NCBI GenBank assembly: GCA_005888115.1
Contig: VBKO01000053.1
Coordinates: 1-53,069, forward strand
Source of the DNA: Deltaproteobacteria bacterium
Lineage (GTDB): Bacteria; Myxococcota; Myxococcia; Myxococcales; 40CM-4-68-19
Direction: 5' to 3'
Length of the DNA: 53,069 nt
This document shows positions 49,167 through 53,069 of this stretch, piece after piece (within the stretch, counting starts at the first letter, position 1; each line of letters starts with the position of its first letter). The notes under the pieces are model-generated. The model did no database searches and was not told the DNA's origin. It saw only the letters and a list, made by a program, of their open reading frames with translations. Made by a program: the position numbers and the translations under genes.

Positions 49167-50216
49167 ATGAGGGAGTTGCTCGCCGAGCTGACGCGCGCCC
49201 TCTGCGACGTGCGGAGCCCGGTGGGCGAGGAGGCCGCGCTCGCGGAGCAGCTCGCGTACCGGCCTGGCGCCGAGCGCATCGGAAACTCGGTGGTGCTGGG
49301 GCGCGCCACTGGCGCGAAGCCCGCCGTCGCGCTCTTCGGCCACCTGGACACCGTGCCCATCCAGGAGGGCGACTTTCCCGCGTACCGGGCCGGCGGGCGC
49401 GTCCACGGGCGCGGCGCATCCGACATGAAGGGCGCGCTGGCGGTCATGATCGCGCTCTGGGAGCGGCTCGACCGCGAACGCCTGCCCGTCGAGCTGGTCT
49501 GCGTCTTCTACGACCGGGAGGAGGGCCCGTACGAGCAGAGCGGACTGGGCCCGCTCCTCGGCGCGCGGCCCGACCTGCGCCGCGCAGCGCTGGCCCTGTG
49601 TCTCGAACCGACCGATCTCTCTTTACAGGTGGGTTGTTGTGGGTCGCTTCACGCTACGCTTACCTTTCGTGGGCGCTCGGCGCACAGCGCGCGTCCGTGG
49701 CAGGGAAAGAACGCGGTGCACGAGGCAGGGGCGTTGTTACAGCACTTGAACGGATTGCCGCCGCGCGAAGTGTCCTTCGGCGAACTGACCTACCGCGAGG
49801 TGATGTCCGTGACGCGCATCGACGGGTTCACCGGCCGCAACGTCGTGCCCGCGAGCTGCGAGCTGAACCTGAACTTCCGGTTCGCGCCGGGCCGCAGCGT
49901 CGAGGACGCCGAGGCCGAGGTGCGCGCGCTGGCGGAGCGCTTCGGAGCGGAGTGCAAGGTTACCGATCGCGCGCCGGCCGGGCCGGTCGTGCTGGACAAT
50001 CCCCTCGTCCGCAAGCTCCGCGCGCTCAGCGGCGTGGCGGTCGAGCCCAAGCAGGCCTGGACTGACGTCGCGCGGCTGGGACTCTTCGGGATTCCGGCGG
50101 CGAACTTCGGGCCGGGTGAGCAGGCGCAAGCGCATCAGAAGGGGGAGAGTTGCTCGGAGGAAGCGCTCGAGCGCGGCTATCTCTTGCTGCAGCGATTCCT
50201 GACGGAGGCGGCGTGA
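49167..50216 (+). CDS. dapE: succinyl-diaminopimelate desuccinylase (M20 family)
   Basis: ATG (MRELLAEL) within ORF 49071..50216; TTG 49158 overlapping the dapD stop is an alternative. M20 motifs GHLDTVP, GRGASDMKG and FGPG. Confidence 0.85.
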   Translation: MRELLAELTRALCDVRSPVGEEAALAEQLAYRPGAERIGNSVVLGRATGAKPAVALFGHLDTVPIQEGDFPAYRAGGRVHGRGASDMKGALAVMIALWERLDRERLPVELVCVFYDREEGPYEQSGLGPLLGARPDLRRAALALCLEPTDLSLQVGCCGSLHATLTFRGRSAHSARPWQGKNAVHEAGALLQHLNGLPPREVSFGELTYREVMSVTRIDGFTGRNVVPASCELNLNFRFAPGRSVEDAEAEVRALAERFGAECKVTDRAPAGPVVLDNPLVRKLRALSGVAVEPKQAWTDVARLGLFGIPAANFGPGEQAQAHQKGESCSEEALERGYLLLQRFLTEAA

Positions 50217-50238
50217 TGGACGGACGAGCGGAGCCGCG

Positions 50239-50817
50239 GTGATCGACGCGTTCATCGGGCTCGGCGCCAACCTGGGCGATCGGATGGAGGCGCTGCGCGC
50301 CGCCGTGGAGCAGCTCGCCCGGGAGCCCGGCTTTCTTCTGCGCGGCACGTCGCGCGTCTACGAAACCGAGCCGGTCGGACCGCCCCAGCCGCGGTACCTG
50401 AATGCGGTGGTCAAGATCGGGACGCTGCTCTCGCCGCGCACCACGCTGCGGCGGCTGCTCGAGATCGAGGAGCTCCTGGGGCGGGTGCGGCGCGAGCACT
50501 GGGGCTCTCGCGAGATCGACCTCGACCTCCTCCTCTACGGCGACCGCATCGTCGCCGACGGCGCTCTGCGGGTCCCGCATCCCCGCCTGCACGAGCGGGC
50601 CTTCGCGCTGGTGCCGCTGGCGGAGGTCGCCGCGGACGCGTACCACCCGCAGATGGCGCGCACCGCGGCCGAGCTGCTCGCCGCGCTGCCCGAGGCGGAG
50701 CGCGGCGGCGTCCGCCTCGTCGGGCCGCTGCGCAGGTCCCTTCCCGAGCCCGAGCCGGAGGGCGGCGGCCCCGGGAGCGGCCCGCCTCCGCCCGACCCGT
50801 TCCCGAAGGTCTGCTGA
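50239..50817 (+). CDS. folK: 2-amino-4-hydroxy-6-hydroxymethyldihydropteridine diphosphokinase
   Basis: ORF 50239..50817. Signatures AFIGLGANLGDR, YETEPVG, REIDLDLLLYG and VPHPRLHERAFALVPL. Pro/Gly-rich C-terminal tail. Confidence 0.9.
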   Translation: MIDAFIGLGANLGDRMEALRAAVEQLAREPGFLLRGTSRVYETEPVGPPQPRYLNAVVKIGTLLSPRTTLRRLLEIEELLGRVRREHWGSREIDLDLLLYGDRIVADGALRVPHPRLHERAFALVPLAEVAADAYHPQMARTAAELLAALPEAERGGVRLVGPLRRSLPEPEPEGGGPGSGPPPPDPFPKVC

Positions 50818-50861
50818 CGAATCGCTGGAAACTACGCCGGTTGCCGGGCTACACAGCAGCC

Positions 50862-52172
50862 ATGCTTCGCTCCACCGCGGCCGCCGCTTGCGTGCTCGCC
50901 CTGGCCTGCTCCCGCAAGGAGGCGCCCCCGAAGTCCTCCGCCGATGCGGGGACCCTCGCCCAGCTCGACGCGAACGATCCCAAGGCGCTGCTCGCCGCGG
51001 TCGACCAGATGCAGGGGCAGCTCAAGGACAAGCCGAAGACGTTCGAGGTCCAGTCGGCGCTCGGGAACCTCTACTACGAGAACGGCCGGTACCTCGACGC
51101 GGTGGACTCGTTCCGGCAAGGCCTGGCGATCTCGGCGCCGTTCGAGACACGCGCGCAGGAGTTGCGCGAAAAGAAGGTGAAGCCCGCCAAGGACCTGCCG
51201 CTGGAGTGCCGCCGGAGCGCGCAGGGATACGGGCTCGAGCAGATCGCCGAGGCCGCCCGCAAGCTGGACGCTCCGCGCGAGCTGCGCTGCCTCGACTCGG
51301 CGCTGCAGATGGCGATCGAGGCGCGCTCGCGCCGCGGCAACGCGCTTTACCTGGTGGGAAATCCGGACGGCGCCCTCGCCGAGCACCGCCGCGTGCTCGC
51401 CGGGTCGCCGGACCACCCCGAATCGCTCTTCTTCGTCGGCGCGATCCTGCTCGAGCAGAGCCGGGGGGACAAGGCGAAGCTCGAGGAAGGGAAGAAATAC
51501 TGGCGCCGTCTGCTCGCTGTGGCGCCGGACAGCCCGCGAGCGCCGCTGGTGAAGGACAGCCTCCCGCGCGCGGACGAGATCTTCGCGCCCAAGGCGCAGG
51601 CGGCCGCGGGAGGCGGACCGCCGATGCCGCCGGGCCACCCCGACGTCGCGCCGGCTCAGCTGCCGTCGGGGCATCCGCCGATCGGCGGGAATGCGCCGGA
51701 TTCGCCGATGGCCCATAGCGGAGCGACGCCCGAGCAGCGGGCGGAAGTGGGCCCGCAGGAGCTGCAGGCCGTCGCGGAGGCGGCGCAGAACACGGAGCGG
51801 ACCCCGGAGCTGGAAACGGGCCTCGACCAGCTGACCGCGCAGGCCGAGTCGCTGCTCGACCAAGGCAAGTACCAGGAGGCCCGCGACGCCATCGTTCGCG
51901 TGATGCCGATGCGTCCCAACGACGCGCGGACCGCGGCGGCGATGGGCGCGGCGATGCGTGGCCTGGGCCGCGAGCAGATGGCGGAGCGGACGCTCTCGCG
52001 TGCGTTGCAGCTCGATCCCCAGCAGCCCCGGGCGCTCTACGAGATGGGAAAGCTGTTGGCCTCGCGCGGCGACAAGGCCGGCGCCGCGAAGAAGCTCCGG
52101 GCCGCGCAGTCCGCCGACGCGAAGTTCGCGCAATCGCACGGCATCGCGCAGGAGCTGGCCAAGCTGCGCTGA
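50862..52172 (+). CDS. TPR-repeat lipoprotein
   Basis: ORF 50841..52172, start at Met8 (MLRSTAAAACVLALACSRKE, lipobox LAC). Repeated TPR-like A..LG..Y...G.Y..A segments. Confidence 0.8.
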   Translation: MLRSTAAAACVLALACSRKEAPPKSSADAGTLAQLDANDPKALLAAVDQMQGQLKDKPKTFEVQSALGNLYYENGRYLDAVDSFRQGLAISAPFETRAQELREKKVKPAKDLPLECRRSAQGYGLEQIAEAARKLDAPRELRCLDSALQMAIEARSRRGNALYLVGNPDGALAEHRRVLAGSPDHPESLFFVGAILLEQSRGDKAKLEEGKKYWRRLLAVAPDSPRAPLVKDSLPRADEIFAPKAQAAAGGGPPMPPGHPDVAPAQLPSGHPPIGGNAPDSPMAHSGATPEQRAEVGPQELQAVAEAAQNTERTPELETGLDQLTAQAESLLDQGKYQEARDAIVRVMPMRPNDARTAAAMGAAMRGLGREQMAERTLSRALQLDPQQPRALYEMGKLLASRGDKAGAAKKLRAAQSADAKFAQSHGIAQELAKLR

Positions 52173-52180
52173 TCGCGGCT

Positions 52181-52669
52181 TCAGGCCTCGGCTCTTCGCT
52201 TGAAGGACCAATCGATCTCGAATTCGGCGACCACCGCCCCGTCCTTCTGCGTGCCGACCGAGCGGGCCTTGAACACGACCGGCTCGCCGGAGGTCACTGC
52301 CCGGTCGATCGCCGCTTTCATCGCCGGGCCGTCCGCGAAGGTGAAGGTCGATTCCTGCGTCGCCTTCTTGGTGAACTTCGCCGAGAGCCCGGTGACGAGC
52401 GACGACACCTGCGCTCCGGACTGCTCGATGAAGTAGAGGGCAGGCGCGCCGGTCGACATCTCGGCGGCCATCGCCTGCGCCGCGAAGTAGGTCGAGCGGA
52501 ACGGGTTCTGCGTCTTCCACCCCGCCGGCAGGGAGACCTGGGCGCCGGTATCGTCGAGCTTGCGCAAGCGCAACCCGGCGAATGCCGCCAGCGGCAGCTT
52601 GGCCCAGAGCATGGCGCGGATGCCGATCGGGTTCGTCCACACACTCTTGAACGTCTCGGCTCGATTCAA
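52181..52669 (-). CDS. DUF4442-like hot-dog fold protein
   Basis: ORF 52181..52669, 162 aa. Family assignment is from overall pattern recall only (FKSVWTNPIGIRAMLWAKLPLAAFAGLRL ... YFAAQAMAAEMSTG). Confidence 0.65.
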   Translation of the reverse strand: MNRAETFKSVWTNPIGIRAMLWAKLPLAAFAGLRLRKLDDTGAQVSLPAGWKTQNPFRSTYFAAQAMAAEMSTGAPALYFIEQSGAQVSSLVTGLSAKFTKKATQESTFTFADGPAMKAAIDRAVTSGEPVVFKARSVGTQKDGAVVAEFEIDWSFKRRAEA

Positions 52670-53069
52670 CGGAACACCTCTTCCAGCGCGCGGCCGGTGG
52701 CCTGGGGATCGTCGAGCATCAGCCAGTGTGAGACGCCCGCGACGGAGACCCGCTTCGTCCCGGGCAGGTGCGAGGCGCGGAACGGGTTGTCCTCGCCCTC
52801 GGCCTCGATGGCGAAGCGCGGACCGCCATACTTCCGCGCCGCCGAGACTCCATCGAAGTTGCCCATGTCGCGGCGCAGGGCGGCGAACGCCTTCAGGTCC
52901 ATGCGCGCGGCCGACCCGAGGACGGCGCTGCGCGTCGCGGGTCTCGCTTTGGGGCCGAGGATCTCGGCATAAGCGGCCTGCAGGCGCTCCGGGGTCATCC
53001 CGGCGTCGTGCTGGCGGAAATACTCCTTCATCTCCCCGCTGCTCGCGTCGCCCACGGCATCCACGTACA
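52666..53069 (-). CDS. alpha/beta-fold hydrolase, C-terminal part (gene runs off the right edge)
   Basis: ORF 52666..53064 continues open to the window end. C-terminal VAGVSHWLMLDDP is the usual His-containing end of alpha/beta hydrolases. ATGA-type overlap with the downstream gene. Confidence 0.65.
   Translation of the reverse strand, partial: YVDAVGDASSGEMKEYFRQHDAGMTPERLQAAYAEILGPKARPATRSAVLGSAARMDLKAFAALRRDMGNFDGVSAARKYGGPRFAIEAEGEDNPFRASHLPGTKRVSVAGVSHWLMLDDPQATGRALEEVFR

Overview
High-GC chromosomal segment (about 70-75% GC judged by eye on sampled lines, not computed). Gene content and style suggest a Myxococcota / Anaeromyxobacter-like deltaproteobacterium: SpmA/SpmB, NnrS, many lipoproteins, frequent GTG/TTG starts, and chains of 1-4 nt start/stop overlaps. 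That taxonomic guess is inference only. I support about 55 protein genes. I found no rRNA, tRNA, CRISPR array, transposase, integrase or phage genes.

Gene blocks:
- 1-7.5 kb: envelope-glycan cluster with two GT2 enzymes, two SAM methyltransferases, a Rossmann FAD oxidoreductase and two large polytopic membrane proteins carrying GT-C-like loop motifs.
- 7.5-19.3 kb: propionyl-CoA to succinyl-CoA genes (catalytic-only methylmalonyl-CoA mutase, biotin carboxylase, a broken biotin-carrier gene, PccB). These are interleaved with NnrS, methyltransferases, an orphan solute-binding lipoprotein and an M23 peptidase.
- 19.3-22.6 kb: poorly characterised secreted and membrane proteins, including a lower-GC patch.
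- 22.6-33 kb: housekeeping genes fumC, xth, pdxH, rsmE, prmA, an M16 peptidase, a hydrolase, a bacterial histone-fold protein and an RluA-type synthase.
- 33-35 kb: a cupredoxin lipoprotein next to a Urate_ox_N-like membrane protein.
- 36.5-41 kb: VanX-like dipeptidase, a sigma-70 region-4-only mini-protein, a PEBP protein and spmAB.
- 41-50.8 kb: outer-membrane barrel, LptM-like lipoprotein, then lysA-dapA-dapB-FAH-dapC-dapD-dapE-folK.
- 50.8-53 kb: TPR lipoprotein, a DUF4442-like protein and a partial hydrolase.

Caveats. All functional calls rest on motif recognition in the supplied translations. No BLAST or HMM search was run. Internal start coordinates were obtained by counting residues back from ORF-track stops. 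At two places (near 841 and 26997) my nucleotide counting in the printed sequence differed by 1 nt from the ORF track, and I took the track as reference. Many long ORFs in the track are antisense or alternate-frame artefacts of the high GC content.

I did not find a clear-cut new multi-gene system such as a defence island. The most unusual items are:
- a biotin-carrier gene missing its biotinylation site and out of frame;
- a bacterial histone-fold gene;
- a type-1-copper lipoprotein paired with a cytochrome-less PuuD-like membrane domain;
- a stand-alone sigma region-4 mimic behind a sigma-54-type promoter;
- an xth 3' end that looks frameshifted;
- an FAH-family gene translationally coupled inside the dap operon.
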